A stretch of DNA of 64,000 nucleotides from Candidatus Saccharimonadota bacterium (GTDB lineage: Bacteria > Patescibacteriota > Saccharimonadia > Saccharimonadales > 2-12-FULL-41-12). This document shows, one piece after another, positions 1 through 11,436 of this stretch. The position numbers were made by a program, and so were the translations under genes. Positions within the stretch are counted from its first letter, which is position 1; each line of letters opens with the position of its first letter. The stretch covers positions 10,444-74,443 of the forward strand of contig JALHOM010000001.1 in the NCBI GenBank assembly GCA_022842995.1, written 5' to 3'. Below the pieces are notes generated by a model. The model worked only from the letters and a program-made list of their open reading frames with translations, made no database searches and had not been told where the DNA came from.

Positions 1-1364
<1,364 letters not shown>

Positions 1365-1644
1365 TCAGCTCTGCCGTTTAACTGCTAGGCGTTACACAGG
1401 GTTTTTATTTTACCACTTGTCGACGCCACGTTGTTTGACAGTGTTATTCGTTGCTAGATACAGCATAGCAGATTACCCCTTAGGACATCAATTACCGTCG
1501 GGTAGTTAGCCCTGTATTCGCTCACTCTTTCGACAAATCAACCAACTACTGAGGTCCACCTCTTGTAAAGAGGTTGATATTTATGATTTAATTAAGCTTA
1601 AGCAAAACTATATTAATTTACAAATAAAAAAGTGAGACACGCCC

Positions 1645-3606
1645 ATGTTTCGAAGAATCATCAATAACCTGGCCGTCAACCCCAGCAGCCTTAATCAATT
1701 TGTTTTTTATTCAAAACGTCTCAAAAAAGAGCGATCAATTCGAACTATCGGTGTTTCGCTCATGATATTAAGTCTTTTTGTCCAGCTTTTTGCAGCGGCA
1801 ATTCCTGCCGAGAAGTCTTTTGCTAACGGGGACAACGACATTGTAAAGACAAAGATACGTAATCTAGATCATCTCGTTAGTATCTGCAAGACTGACGCTA
1901 AAGTACGATCAATTTATGCTCGATTCGGGGCAAACTGTGACCAAATTGCCACCGCCAAACAAAAAACCATTAACGCTAACGGCGCGAATTACTGGAGCAT
2001 CGGCTACAGCCCCCTCTCCCAGTACAACATCAGCAGTGATGAATGGGGTGAAGTAGCGGTTAAAGTCGGTTCAGAAAACATCTTTCAACGACCTTTGCGA
2101 GCCTGGGGACCACATAATTACGTCGCATACGAGTTCAAAGCCAACGGCAAGACATACTGGATCCTCCAAGACTGCGGAAACCTCGTAACTATCGGCGCCT
2201 ACTCCAAGCCACCTAGTCTCGAGGTTCATAAGCAGTTAATTACTCCGAAACAAGTCCAGGTTGGCGACACCGTCAAGTATCGGATTACGTACCGAAACCC
2301 CGTTTTAGAATCTGTAGCGGTCGACTTTAGGCTCCGTGACTTACTCAATCCAAATCTTGAGCTTGTTGGCATGGACGGACGAAACGGCTTTGTCGACGGA
2401 GATCCCGTTATTGACCTCAAGGGCCTCGGAGGCTCCACAACGTTTAGAGAAATAACCTTGGCCGCCAAAGTAAAAACCCGGCCAGCCGATGGCAAAATAT
2501 GTAACGTTGTACGGGTTAGTGCCGATGTCGTCGGTCGTGTCGAGTCCAAAGAAGATGTCTGCGTCACCGTTGTGAAACCACCAACGCCACCACCGGTCAC
2601 ACCAACCACTCCGGCTCCAACACCTCCAACAACACCAGCCACTCCAACCACTCCAGTAACACCTAAGTGTGCCGTTCCGGGCAAAACAGACCTGCCAGTG
2701 GACAGCCCACTCTGCAAGCACGACGCTCCAGCGGGCATCTGTATTGCGTCTACGGGCTTCCTCGCAGGCTCTAACAAAGACTTCAAAGTCTCAACGGTAA
2801 GTAGTGTAGAAGGTACAACAAAAGTGCGCAAATACACCTACATTATGGACGGAGATACCGCAAATAAGCGTGAAGTCACGTCTTCAAGTTTAACCAACGA
2901 ACAAACCTACAATGGGCTCAAGCCTGGTACTCATAAAGTTGCCGTGACTGTTGATTTCACGAATGAAGTTGGCCAATCCGCCAGCGATAGCTGTACCGCC
3001 GAGATAACTGTCGCAGAAAATGCTCGCGTTACTCAAAGCAAATCAGTCAGCAAGGATGGCGCCGACATGAACGGCAAAAAAGTTTCTTCAGGTGACGTTC
3101 TGAAGTTCAACTTAACCACCCGTAATGTTACCGCCACTGAATACAAAAATTTTGCTGGCGAAGACTTCTTCGGTGACGTCCTCAACTACGCCGATATTGT
3201 CGACGTCTCGGAGCTCACCAAGCAAGGTATGAGCCTTGGTCAAGACAAAGTCATCCGCTGGACTACCCCATCAATTGCTGGAAATAGCGAAGAGGTAAAA
3301 ACTATCACGGTTAAAGTTAAGCCTAAAATACCAACCACCAATCAATCTTCCAACATCTCAAGCGACTTTGACTGCATCATAGACAATAAGTACGGTAATC
3401 AGGTTACCATGAGTGTTGACTGTCCGGTCATTAAAACCATCGAGACCACTACCGGCAAACTGCCCGATACCGGGCCGGGAACAGCCGCTCTCATCGTCTT
3501 TGGCGTGACCGTTATGGCCGGCTACTTTGCTGCTCGGGCACGATTAATGGCGAAAGAAGCTGACATTATCCGTAAGATGAATCAACACTCGCACGTCGGG
3601 GCCTAA
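1645..3606 (+). CDS. LPXTG cell-wall-anchored surface protein with an N-terminal signal/TM segment and a Pro/Thr-rich linker
   Basis: N-terminal hydrophobic segment. Linker PPTPPPVTPTTPAPTPPTTPATPTTPVTP. C-terminal sorting signal KLPDTG followed by a hydrophobic stretch (AALIVFGVTVMAGYFAA) and a basic tail (RARLMAKE). Confidence 0.7.
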   Translation: MFRRIINNLAVNPSSLNQFVFYSKRLKKERSIRTIGVSLMILSLFVQLFAAAIPAEKSFANGDNDIVKTKIRNLDHLVSICKTDAKVRSIYARFGANCDQIATAKQKTINANGANYWSIGYSPLSQYNISSDEWGEVAVKVGSENIFQRPLRAWGPHNYVAYEFKANGKTYWILQDCGNLVTIGAYSKPPSLEVHKQLITPKQVQVGDTVKYRITYRNPVLESVAVDFRLRDLLNPNLELVGMDGRNGFVDGDPVIDLKGLGGSTTFREITLAAKVKTRPADGKICNVVRVSADVVGRVESKEDVCVTVVKPPTPPPVTPTTPAPTPPTTPATPTTPVTPKCAVPGKTDLPVDSPLCKHDAPAGICIASTGFLAGSNKDFKVSTVSSVEGTTKVRKYTYIMDGDTANKREVTSSSLTNEQTYNGLKPGTHKVAVTVDFTNEVGQSASDSCTAEITVAENARVTQSKSVSKDGADMNGKKVSSGDVLKFNLTTRNVTATEYKNFAGEDFFGDVLNYADIVDVSELTKQGMSLGQDKVIRWTTPSIAGNSEEVKTITVKVKPKIPTTNQSSNISSDFDCIIDNKYGNQVTMSVDCPVIKTIETTTGKLPDTGPGTAALIVFGVTVMAGYFAARARLMAKEADIIRKMNQHSHVGA

Positions 3607-3630
3607 AGTTAAGAATAAGGAAGTAAAACA

Positions 3631-4200
3631 ATGAGCGAAAATGCACCCAAAGCACCTCAGCACGAACAAAAGAATACCGATACTTACGGCACGGCCGAAG
3701 AAAGAGAAAAGAATTTAGCCAAAGCCGCAGAACAACACTCCAAAACACCGGCTGAGCAAGCTAAAAAAAATCTCGAACAACTCCATCACAAAGCCGAACA
3801 TCAAGCATCGAAAGCCGAAGAATTACTTCAAAAAATGGATGCCGACAATGATCATGCGCACGCACCGCATCACTATAAAGCACCATCTATCAGTCAGACC
3901 TTGGCTCAAGCCAGACGCCACCTCAAGCCTTCTGAGCGTGCGCTTAGTAAAATAGTGCATAACCCTAAAGTGGAAGTTATTAGCGACGCCGCCGGCGCCA
4001 CCATTGCGAGGCCTTCAGGGTTGCTCTACGGCGCTTTATTCTCATTTATCGGGTCTTTGGGCTATTTAATCATTGCCAAGCGTTACGGGTATGAATACAA
4101 CGCTTTCGTGGCTATACTCACGTTTGGTGGAGGCTTTGTATTTGGACTATTCGTAGAAGCCATAAGTCGCCTCCTCAGTTTAGGCCGCAAAACCAGCTAA
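3631..4200 (+). CDS. hypothetical membrane protein: charged His/Lys/Glu-rich N-terminus and two C-terminal TM helices
   Basis: ORF with AAGGAAG SD-like sequence upstream. C-terminal hydrophobic helices (LLYGALFSFIGSLGYLIIA, FVAILTFGGGFVFGLFVEAI). Confidence 0.5.
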   Translation: MSENAPKAPQHEQKNTDTYGTAEEREKNLAKAAEQHSKTPAEQAKKNLEQLHHKAEHQASKAEELLQKMDADNDHAHAPHHYKAPSISQTLAQARRHLKPSERALSKIVHNPKVEVISDAAGATIARPSGLLYGALFSFIGSLGYLIIAKRYGYEYNAFVAILTFGGGFVFGLFVEAISRLLSLGRKTS

Positions 4201-4232
4201 CCAGCCACACCTCCTAATATTCAATAACTATT

Positions 4233-4266
4233 AAGCAGCCGCTCTAACCGGTTGCTTATTTTTTTT
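4233..4266 (+). terminator. rho-independent terminator after the 3631-4200 gene
   Basis: Stem AAGCAGCCG / CGGTTGCTT (9 bp, one G-U) with loop CTCTAAC, followed by ATTTTTTTT. Confidence 0.45.
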
Positions 4267-4315
4267 GCAAGACCAATGCCAAGATACTGTCGCTACCTTT
4301 CAGTAGCGAAGAAAC

Positions 4316-7300
4316 CTAACCCCGAAGCGAAATTTCACCTTCAGCACCGGCATCATTACTGATCTCGGTGTGACCTGTTGGCGAAGGTCCATCTATAGAA
4401 GCCTGGGCATGGGGGGTCTGGGGACCATAACTCATCGAATTTATATCTGTCATAGGTCGATTATTATTTGATACGACAGATGAATCGTTATCTAAATCTG
4501 TGGCATTAGATGACGGACTGTAGGGTCGCCGTGGAATGTCATTCGTAAATCGACTAGGCCCAGATGCATCAGAGTTACTTGGTGTCATCATGTCCGAAGC
4601 GCCAAGATTATCTCTCAAGCTTTGGCCTTGATCATTAAGACCGTCCGAAGACTGTCCAGTTGCATCTTGAACCCCTGCTTGATACTGTTGCCCCGAAAAC
4701 TGGCCCGAATCATCCATAGGACTAGAGGCGGTAGACCGATATTCAGAAAGCTGACCCGAGGCTGGATTTAATGTGGGATCTACCGACTGCGTTGCGTCTG
4801 CCATTGGCGCAGGATAAGGATTAGCCTGTGGCTGAGCCACAGGAGCTTGAGCGGCAGGATATGGCGGGGGCACTGGACCTTGAGTATCTTTCTTGGCCAA
4901 CCACTGGTCTAAGAATGAGCCGCCGGCGCCACCTGGATCTTGTGAAGCAAATGGATCGCCCGCTCCAGCCGGTGGCACACCTGGCTGTTGTTGACCCGTC
5001 GCATCGGTGTCGGTGTCCATACGACTAAAGATTTCCTTCTCTACCACCTGTCGAGGACGGCCGTATTTGGCTGCCGACAACTGCTTCAGGGCATCACCCA
5101 ACTCTTTATTCGGCGTACCTAATGGTGCGATTGTTGCCATACTAAATGGCTGCGTTGGCACTCCACCAATGAGAGTGCGAACGATCGTGTTATAGTTCGG
5201 AATTCTGAGCAGATCATCACCGTCAAACAGTGGCTGGAAGTAGCGCGACAGTACGTCGACATCATTCTGGCCAATACGAAACGCCACTGTCGTACCAATA
5301 TTTCCAAATACCGCGTCACGAATTTCTTCGGTTAACTGCGTCGTAAACTGGTTAGCCACTACCAAGTTAAGCCGGTATTTTCGAGCCTCAGACATAATTG
5401 TCGCAAACGAATCGGTCGAGAAGTTCTGGAACTCATCGACGTACAAACAGAAGTCCACGCGCTGATCTTCGGGGATATTTGCTCGGCTCATAGCAGCCGC
5501 TTGGAACTTCATGACAAAGATCATGCCCAGCAGCTTAGAGTTAAGTTCACCGGTCCGCCCTTTGCTGAGATTAACGATCAAAATCTTCTTATTATCCATG
5601 ATGTCACGCAGATCAAACGAACTATCAATCTGACCGATGATATTACGCATCATACCGTTGCTTAAGAACGCACCGAACTTACTCACGAACCAACTAACCA
5701 CCTCGCCGAAGTCGTTCGATCTCTTTGATTGAGGCATTTCTTTATACCAAAAATCCAAGACATTACGGTCAGTGACGTACTGAAGCTTAGACTTAACATA
5801 ATCGTCGTCTCTAAAGAGTTTCGGAATATCGATAAAGCTACCACCATCAGGGCCAGCCATAACCGTCAGAGCCGCCATCCTGAATAAGTGTTCATAGCGC
5901 GGGCCAATAATTCCCTGCCTTTGCGGGTCATACAGCTTATAAAGGACGTTGATAACTTCCTGAATAACGAAGTCTTTCTCGTCGTCGTTCTCGGCTTCAA
6001 AGATATTGAGACCAAGTGGATAGTCGGTGTCCGCGGGACAGAAATATATAACGTCTTCAGTTCGTTCCTTCGGAACCATAGAAATAAGTGTTTCTGCCGT
6101 ATCGCCGTGCGGATCAATAAATGCAAAACCATTCCCCATTAACATGTCCTGGAGCGCGAGGTTTTCGAGGAACGTAGACTTACCTGTACCTGTCTGACCA
6201 ACAACATAGATATGTCGTTGACGATCCTGGAGCGCCAGTCGAATCGGCTTTTTTATGCCACGGAATAAGTTGTAACCCAGCAATAATCCGTGTTCAGGCA
6301 CATTTCGAGGTCCATCTACTTGCTTGGAATCTTGGCGTGTCAGCTGCGATGTCGGAATATCTTCTTGTTGTGGAAAATGAAACAGCGTCGCTAATTCTAC
6401 GGAGTTTAAGATGTTCTTATTATGATGTTGAGGGAACAAACGTAGTATATAAGCTGTTGTAAATTCCTCTATATTTCCCGATGCAGACCACTTAAAGCCG
6501 TTTTTGCCCGGTGCATCAAATAGTGAGAAGCTCGCTACAACGTTGCTCAATATATCTTGAGCTCGTTGGTGAATATTAGAGGACACGACAATTCGAAGTG
6601 TCGTCTCGAAACCGGGGTGCCTTGTCTTGTCATCAATAGAATCAAGGATCTGCTGCTCATTTGCCGAAAGCTCTTTACCCGGACTACTGCCACCAGAACC
6701 TTTATCTTCAGGCGGCTTCGTGAGAGCATAAGCTACCTGCCCCATCCACCAGAAAATCTGAGAGACACCTTTTTTCTGCTTCTCACCTTTTCGCTTCTTG
6801 CTGGCGTGACCACTTGCCGATTTAGTCCATGAACTCTTTGCTGGTCGCACCAAGATCTGAATACCAACTCCGTCCTGTTTATCAAGTGCAGAAAGGGCGT
6901 TTAGAACAGACTGCATCGGATCACGCTTAATGTCTCTATACGTGGCAATCGGGTAAGCGTACTTCTCTTTCAGTGTTAGCTCACCACCGACAACCCCCGT
7001 TATGCCACCAACTTTATTGAACAAGTTATAATCAGCAACTTCTTCAAGTCGTGCCGAAGGATATGCACTTACCACCGCCTGCTTAACAACTTCAATTAAG
7101 GTTAGCGGCACCGACGCATAAAGATTTACCACACCATGTAAACATACTATTTCAAAGCCAATATGTCTTTGCCCATAGAAACTACTCTTGAAACCTGGCT
7201 GCGTCGTGCTCGAAATAATGTTGTAAATAAATTCTGCTTTTGAGATATTCTCATCTGTTACATCACGAATATCTCGTGAACCTATGTCAGTATCATCGCT

Positions 7301-7456
7301 AGGTGGCGGCAGATGGATTAGCAGCGTAACCATTTTTAGGCCACGCTCATAATTCTTCTGTTCTCTTAAGACTTTTCGAGACTGAAAGAAAATAATTGGG
7401 GCAACAATCAGCACCAACACCAGGACAAAAACAGCAAAGAATATTAATATGCCCAT
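4316..7456 (-). CDS. VirD4/TraG/TraD-like (FtsK-HerA superfamily) P-loop ATPase with an N-terminal TM helix, a ~400-aa non-ATPase N-terminal region and a ~260-aa low-complexity Q/P/S/D/G-rich C-terminal tail
   Basis: Walker A is VVGQTGTGKST, followed by FIDPHGD. Walker B is LYVDEFQNF, followed by RKYRLNLVVANQ, which fits the coupling-protein arrangement. N-terminal TM is ILIFFAVFVLVLVLIVAPIIFF. Confidence 0.6.
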   Translation of the reverse strand: MGILIFFAVFVLVLVLIVAPIIFFQSRKVLREQKNYERGLKMVTLLIHLPPPSDDTDIGSRDIRDVTDENISKAEFIYNIISSTTQPGFKSSFYGQRHIGFEIVCLHGVVNLYASVPLTLIEVVKQAVVSAYPSARLEEVADYNLFNKVGGITGVVGGELTLKEKYAYPIATYRDIKRDPMQSVLNALSALDKQDGVGIQILVRPAKSSWTKSASGHASKKRKGEKQKKGVSQIFWWMGQVAYALTKPPEDKGSGGSSPGKELSANEQQILDSIDDKTRHPGFETTLRIVVSSNIHQRAQDILSNVVASFSLFDAPGKNGFKWSASGNIEEFTTAYILRLFPQHHNKNILNSVELATLFHFPQQEDIPTSQLTRQDSKQVDGPRNVPEHGLLLGYNLFRGIKKPIRLALQDRQRHIYVVGQTGTGKSTFLENLALQDMLMGNGFAFIDPHGDTAETLISMVPKERTEDVIYFCPADTDYPLGLNIFEAENDDEKDFVIQEVINVLYKLYDPQRQGIIGPRYEHLFRMAALTVMAGPDGGSFIDIPKLFRDDDYVKSKLQYVTDRNVLDFWYKEMPQSKRSNDFGEVVSWFVSKFGAFLSNGMMRNIIGQIDSSFDLRDIMDNKKILIVNLSKGRTGELNSKLLGMIFVMKFQAAAMSRANIPEDQRVDFCLYVDEFQNFSTDSFATIMSEARKYRLNLVVANQFTTQLTEEIRDAVFGNIGTTVAFRIGQNDVDVLSRYFQPLFDGDDLLRIPNYNTIVRTLIGGVPTQPFSMATIAPLGTPNKELGDALKQLSAAKYGRPRQVVEKEIFSRMDTDTDATGQQQPGVPPAGAGDPFASQDPGGAGGSFLDQWLAKKDTQGPVPPPYPAAQAPVAQPQANPYPAPMADATQSVDPTLNPASGQLSEYRSTASSPMDDSGQFSGQQYQAGVQDATGQSSDGLNDQGQSLRDNLGASDMMTPSNSDASGPSRFTNDIPRRPYSPSSNATDLDNDSSVVSNNNRPMTDINSMSYGPQTPHAQASIDGPSPTGHTEISNDAGAEGEISLRG

Positions 7457-7459
7457 AGC

Positions 7460-7855
7460 CTAATTGCCCTCTGAAACCTTAATATCTTTGTTGTATCGTT
7501 TCTTCAAGTAATCGGCCTTCGCCCTACTAATCTCTTGTTGCTGGATGAAGGGGTTGGTAGCGGTTCTGGCCGCGATTTCCTTCAGGTGATTAACCCACTC
7601 CTTCTCGATAACATCTACATCGTTGGCTTCTGGCGGTATAGAACTGATCTGCTGCGCAAGCTTTGGCGTTACCGCAAAAGGGTCAGCGGGCGCCACGGCC
7701 GGCGGAACCTGGGCAGGAGCAGCAGGATCAAGCGGTGGAGCCATAGAAGGTATTGCTGGTGCTGCAGCAGGAGCGCTTGAGTCTAGCGCACCATCATTAT
7801 CTTGGGGCGTGTTCGAACCTGGGACTGGTAAAAAACTATTTTGATCCATTATCAA
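7460..7855 (-). CDS. small Pro/Ala-rich protein, translationally coupled upstream partner of the ATPase (3-bp gap)
   Basis: The ORF ends 3 bp before the ATPase start codon. The central region is P/A-rich low complexity; the C-terminal ~45 residues are charged and helical. Confidence 0.45.
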   Translation of the reverse strand: MIMDQNSFLPVPGSNTPQDNDGALDSSAPAAAPAIPSMAPPLDPAAPAQVPPAVAPADPFAVTPKLAQQISSIPPEANDVDVIEKEWVNHLKEIAARTATNPFIQQQEISRAKADYLKKRYNKDIKVSEGN

Positions 7856-7999
7856 ATACTAAACTGCTCATGCTTCTACTTCGTTAGGCGCGTTCAAACA
7901 AGTGCGCATTCTTCCCTGGATTATAGCACATATCACAATAAAAATCAGCATCCTGACAAGTGCGTAAATTCAGATCACAAAGAAGGATAAAACTGACCT

Positions 8000-8329
8000 T
8001 CAGAATTTATTGATATAGATGTAGGAAATAAGCATTAAAAGGCCGAGCAGCAGTATATCGCCTAATACGATTCCGCCACTTGATTGGAACAATAAAATCA
8101 AAGTTAAGCCAACCGCAAAGACGATGGATATAGTACGATGTTTCGTACTTGGGGTGCTCAGAAAAAATAATTTCATAAAAAGCGATGCAAATAAAAATCC
8201 AGCTATGAATACAAGCAAGACAGGGACCATCAATAGGCCGACGGGCAAATCTCTTGGATCGGTTAGCCCAAAAAATACGACTCCAATAGCCACTGTTGCT
8301 ACTAGTAGCATGGACATCTTAACTATCAC
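8000..8329 (-). CDS. small integral membrane protein (3 predicted TM helices)
   Basis: 109-aa ORF with three hydrophobic segments. Confidence 0.45.
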   Translation of the reverse strand: MIVKMSMLLVATVAIGVVFFGLTDPRDLPVGLLMVPVLLVFIAGFLFASLFMKLFFLSTPSTKHRTISIVFAVGLTLILLFQSSGGIVLGDILLLGLLMLISYIYINKF

Positions 8330-8880
8330 GATCTTTCTTGTCCTTTACGACTACTTTAATCTATATTCAAGACATAATCGTTTGAGAAATATCATACATA
8401 TTAAAAAAACAAAAACGCCTCGTGTATTAGTGTACCCTTTTTCAAGACGTTTTTGCTTACAAATTGTGGATTGATATTTAGAGGCCGGGACGATAAAACC
8501 GCTCCATTAAATAAACTATTTAGCGCTTATCGTCGACCGAGCCTTGACTGACCGCTCATCATTGCTTTAAAGGCAACTTTGAGCGTTATTTTTAAATGTT
8601 TTTATGTTCAACATTCATGCTCGTATACTAGCGCATTATGCCGCTTATGTCAATCCTTATTATAGACTTATCAACAACGTTCATCTGTAAATTAAAGGCG
8701 ATTCTATGTTGTGATCAATACAATATTAATTTTTTGCTATTGATATAATCCTCATTTAGACATAGGTTAAACTATAAAAAAGTATATCCATCGTGAATAA
8801 CTTTTCAATAAAATCCTAGCCTCATAAGGCCCAAATTTTCCAGACCCGAACAACTGATCCTGATGCTCATTTTGTTAAAT

Positions 8881-8910
8881 CTGTGTCGCGATCGCGACAC
8901 AGATTTAATA
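8881..8910. repeat. 30-bp perfect palindrome AAATCTGTGTCGCGATCGCGACACAGATTT in a long non-coding region
   Basis: Read directly from the sequence. It equals its own reverse complement and is centred on CGATCG. Confidence 0.9.
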
Positions 8911-9783
8911 TTTTTTGCTGATTCGATCATAGACTTTAGCAACCGAATCAAATTCTCAGGACTACATGATAATTAATTTTAATCCTGTATTTGTTTATTA
9001 AGCATATACATTAATCAATATTTTATCTATGGCGTTCGGCTTTAAGCGCGATATAACCAAGTATTTTCATGTTATCAATATCATGATGGTCTTTGTATCG
9101 ACATTTATAAATAGAAGTCGACCAATAACATTTTCTAGCAGGAAAAATTATCCGACCAACATTTCGCATAAAAATTCCTAAGAATGATTCATGGCCATTC
9201 AAATCCCCTCACCCGCCAAGTCTTCCAGCTAGGGCATCTTCCAAGCCTATCCTTATTTTTTGAAACCACCTTTTTACTAAAACGAGTGATTTTGCCATGC
9301 AGCATCGAGCCTGAATTTCATGAACAGGAAACCATAAAGATACAGTCGATAAGCTTTATTGGGTTAATTAAACTACGCGATTACATATTAATTTCATGGA
9401 TTATGAATGAGGTTTAACATAAACATTTTGAGCACTCATAAGCATAAAGTTTATGATTCAAAATATTGCATTTTTTGGCATACATTTATTGAATAAATAA
9501 TCTGTGGAAAACTTATGCACATATTGTACTCATTTCTTTATTGACAGGTTAAATCTCTCACAGTAATATGGGGTTAGCACTTGAATAAAAAAAGTGCTCA
9601 AAAACAAAAACGTCTCTGTTAACAACGGCTTCTCGCAAGCCGTTGTTCCATAACACTGGGACGTTCGATAACAGAAAATTATAAATAAAAACCGCAGAAA
9701 ATAACCCCGCAGCATAAGCTACGGGGTTGTTTTTATATTAAGGTAATTGTTCTTTTGCAAACCTGGGGTATACTTTCAGACAC

Positions 9784-11304
9784 ATGAAAACCAGATCCAA
9801 AATTCAGACAATCATCGAAGCATCTAATGGCGGTGTGATAGTCGATATTGAATGTCATATTTCAAATTCCTTACCAAACATCGTAATTGTTGGTTTTGCC
9901 AATCGATCGGTCGACGAAGCCAAAGAACGCATCCGCGGAGCTTTAGCCTCCAGCAATATCCAATTACCGAAAAAACGAATTACCGTCAATTTAGCTCCTG
10001 CCGACCTACCTAAAGAAGGTTCCTATTTTGATCTTCCGATCACTCTTGGCATTTTAACTGAGAGCGGGATTATTTCTCCAGGACCAATCAAAGACACCGC
10101 TTGTTTTGGAGAAATTGGACTCGACGGGTCGATACGCCCTGTTCGCGGAATCATCGGAAAAATCCTAAATGCGCAGAAACTCGGCTTTAATAAATTCCTT
10201 ATTCCCGAAGACAACTGCGATCAGGCGCGGCTGATACCTGGCGTTACTATTATTACGGCCAATACAATAAAAGGACTGGTCTCGTGCCTTAATGATCAAT
10301 CTAGTATATATGCGATCGATACTGGCGAAGGCAAACTACCTATGACTCCCCCCGCCAACCAAAATAGCGCAAACTCGATTGACGACGTTATAGGCCAACA
10401 GCACGCCAAACGTGCTCTCGTGATTGCAGCGGCCGGACACCACAACATCATGCTCAGTGGCCCACCGGGTGCGGGAAAATCAATGCTAGCAAACACTATT
10501 ACAAGTATCATGCCTCCCCTGACCTTAACCGAGATTCTCGAAACAACCCATATTCACAGCCTGGCTAGCCGAAACTACGACCAGATCATCCATGAGCGAC
10601 CGGTTCGCTCGCCTCATCATAGTGCCAGCGCAATCGCCGTAATCGGCGGCGGACAAAACCCGAGACCGGGTGAAATTAGCCTAAGTCACAACGGTGTTTT
10701 AGTTTTTGACGAATTTCCGGAGTTCAATCGGCAAGTCATCGAAGCCCTTCGGCAACCGCTGGAAGATAAGGTTATCAGTGTTGCCAGGGCCAAAGATACC
10801 GCCAACTTCCCTGCCGATTTTCTTCTCATAGCTACCGCTAACCCCTGCCCCTGCGGCTTTTTTGGAACAAGCAAAGAGTGTTCTTGCCTCCCATATCAGA
10901 TCACAAATTACCAACGGAAAATCTCTGGACCAATAATCGACCGTATCGACCTTTACGTCGATGTCGACGAGGTAGAGCACGCCTCTATATTGAAGACGCA
11001 GGCCTCTGAGCAAGCTCCCCGACTGTCCACACAGATAAAGGACGCTCGCGACAGGCAATTATCTAAGCGAGGAAAATTAAACTCGAGATTAAGCGGAAAA
11101 GACTTCCGAGACAGCAATCTACTTGCAGCCGAGGCCAAGAAGTACCTTGACGACGCCAGCAACCCCCTCGGACTGTCCGCCAGAAGTTATATAAGAGTTC
11201 TACGCATTGCTCGGACGATAGCCGATCTTGAGTTGTCAGAGAAGATTGAAGAACATCACGTCGCTGAAGCCCTGCAGTATCGGAAACGACATCAGGCACT
11301 ATAG
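9784..11304 (+). CDS. comM: YifB/ComM family Mg-chelatase-like AAA+ ATPase (competence protein ComM)
   Basis: N-terminal Lon-protease-like domain, Walker A GPPGAGKS, and a C-terminal Mg-chelatase subunit ChlI-like region. The whole-length pattern is typical of ComM. Confidence 0.85.
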   Translation: MKTRSKIQTIIEASNGGVIVDIECHISNSLPNIVIVGFANRSVDEAKERIRGALASSNIQLPKKRITVNLAPADLPKEGSYFDLPITLGILTESGIISPGPIKDTACFGEIGLDGSIRPVRGIIGKILNAQKLGFNKFLIPEDNCDQARLIPGVTIITANTIKGLVSCLNDQSSIYAIDTGEGKLPMTPPANQNSANSIDDVIGQQHAKRALVIAAAGHHNIMLSGPPGAGKSMLANTITSIMPPLTLTEILETTHIHSLASRNYDQIIHERPVRSPHHSASAIAVIGGGQNPRPGEISLSHNGVLVFDEFPEFNRQVIEALRQPLEDKVISVARAKDTANFPADFLLIATANPCPCGFFGTSKECSCLPYQITNYQRKISGPIIDRIDLYVDVDEVEHASILKTQASEQAPRLSTQIKDARDRQLSKRGKLNSRLSGKDFRDSNLLAAEAKKYLDDASNPLGLSARSYIRVLRIARTIADLELSEKIEEHHVAEALQYRKRHQAL

Positions 11305-11349
11305 GACTAAAAAAGCTCGGTCCTTACGTAAAGAAGTAAGTAAAAGCAT

Positions 11350-11378
11350 TTGACCTCTGTTGCTTCATCTGTTAGAAT
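11350..11378 (+). promoter_or_regulatory. sigma70-like promoter TTGACC-N17-TAGAAT for the infC-rpmI-rplT operon
   Basis: TTGACC at 11350-11355, 17-nt spacer, TAGAAT at 11373-11378, about 58 nt upstream of the infC start. Confidence 0.5.
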
Positions 11379-11436
11379 ATCCCCTAAGCCATTTGTATAA
11401 ATCTCAAGGAGAAGCAAGATTAGCACTACAACCCGC

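Noticed and set aside
2226-2837. Minus-strand ORFs 2226-2837 and 2341-2721 (Gly/Val/Trp-rich)
   Set aside because: They are reverse-frame artefacts of the Pro/Thr-rich linker (CCN/ACN repeats) of the LPXTG protein gene.
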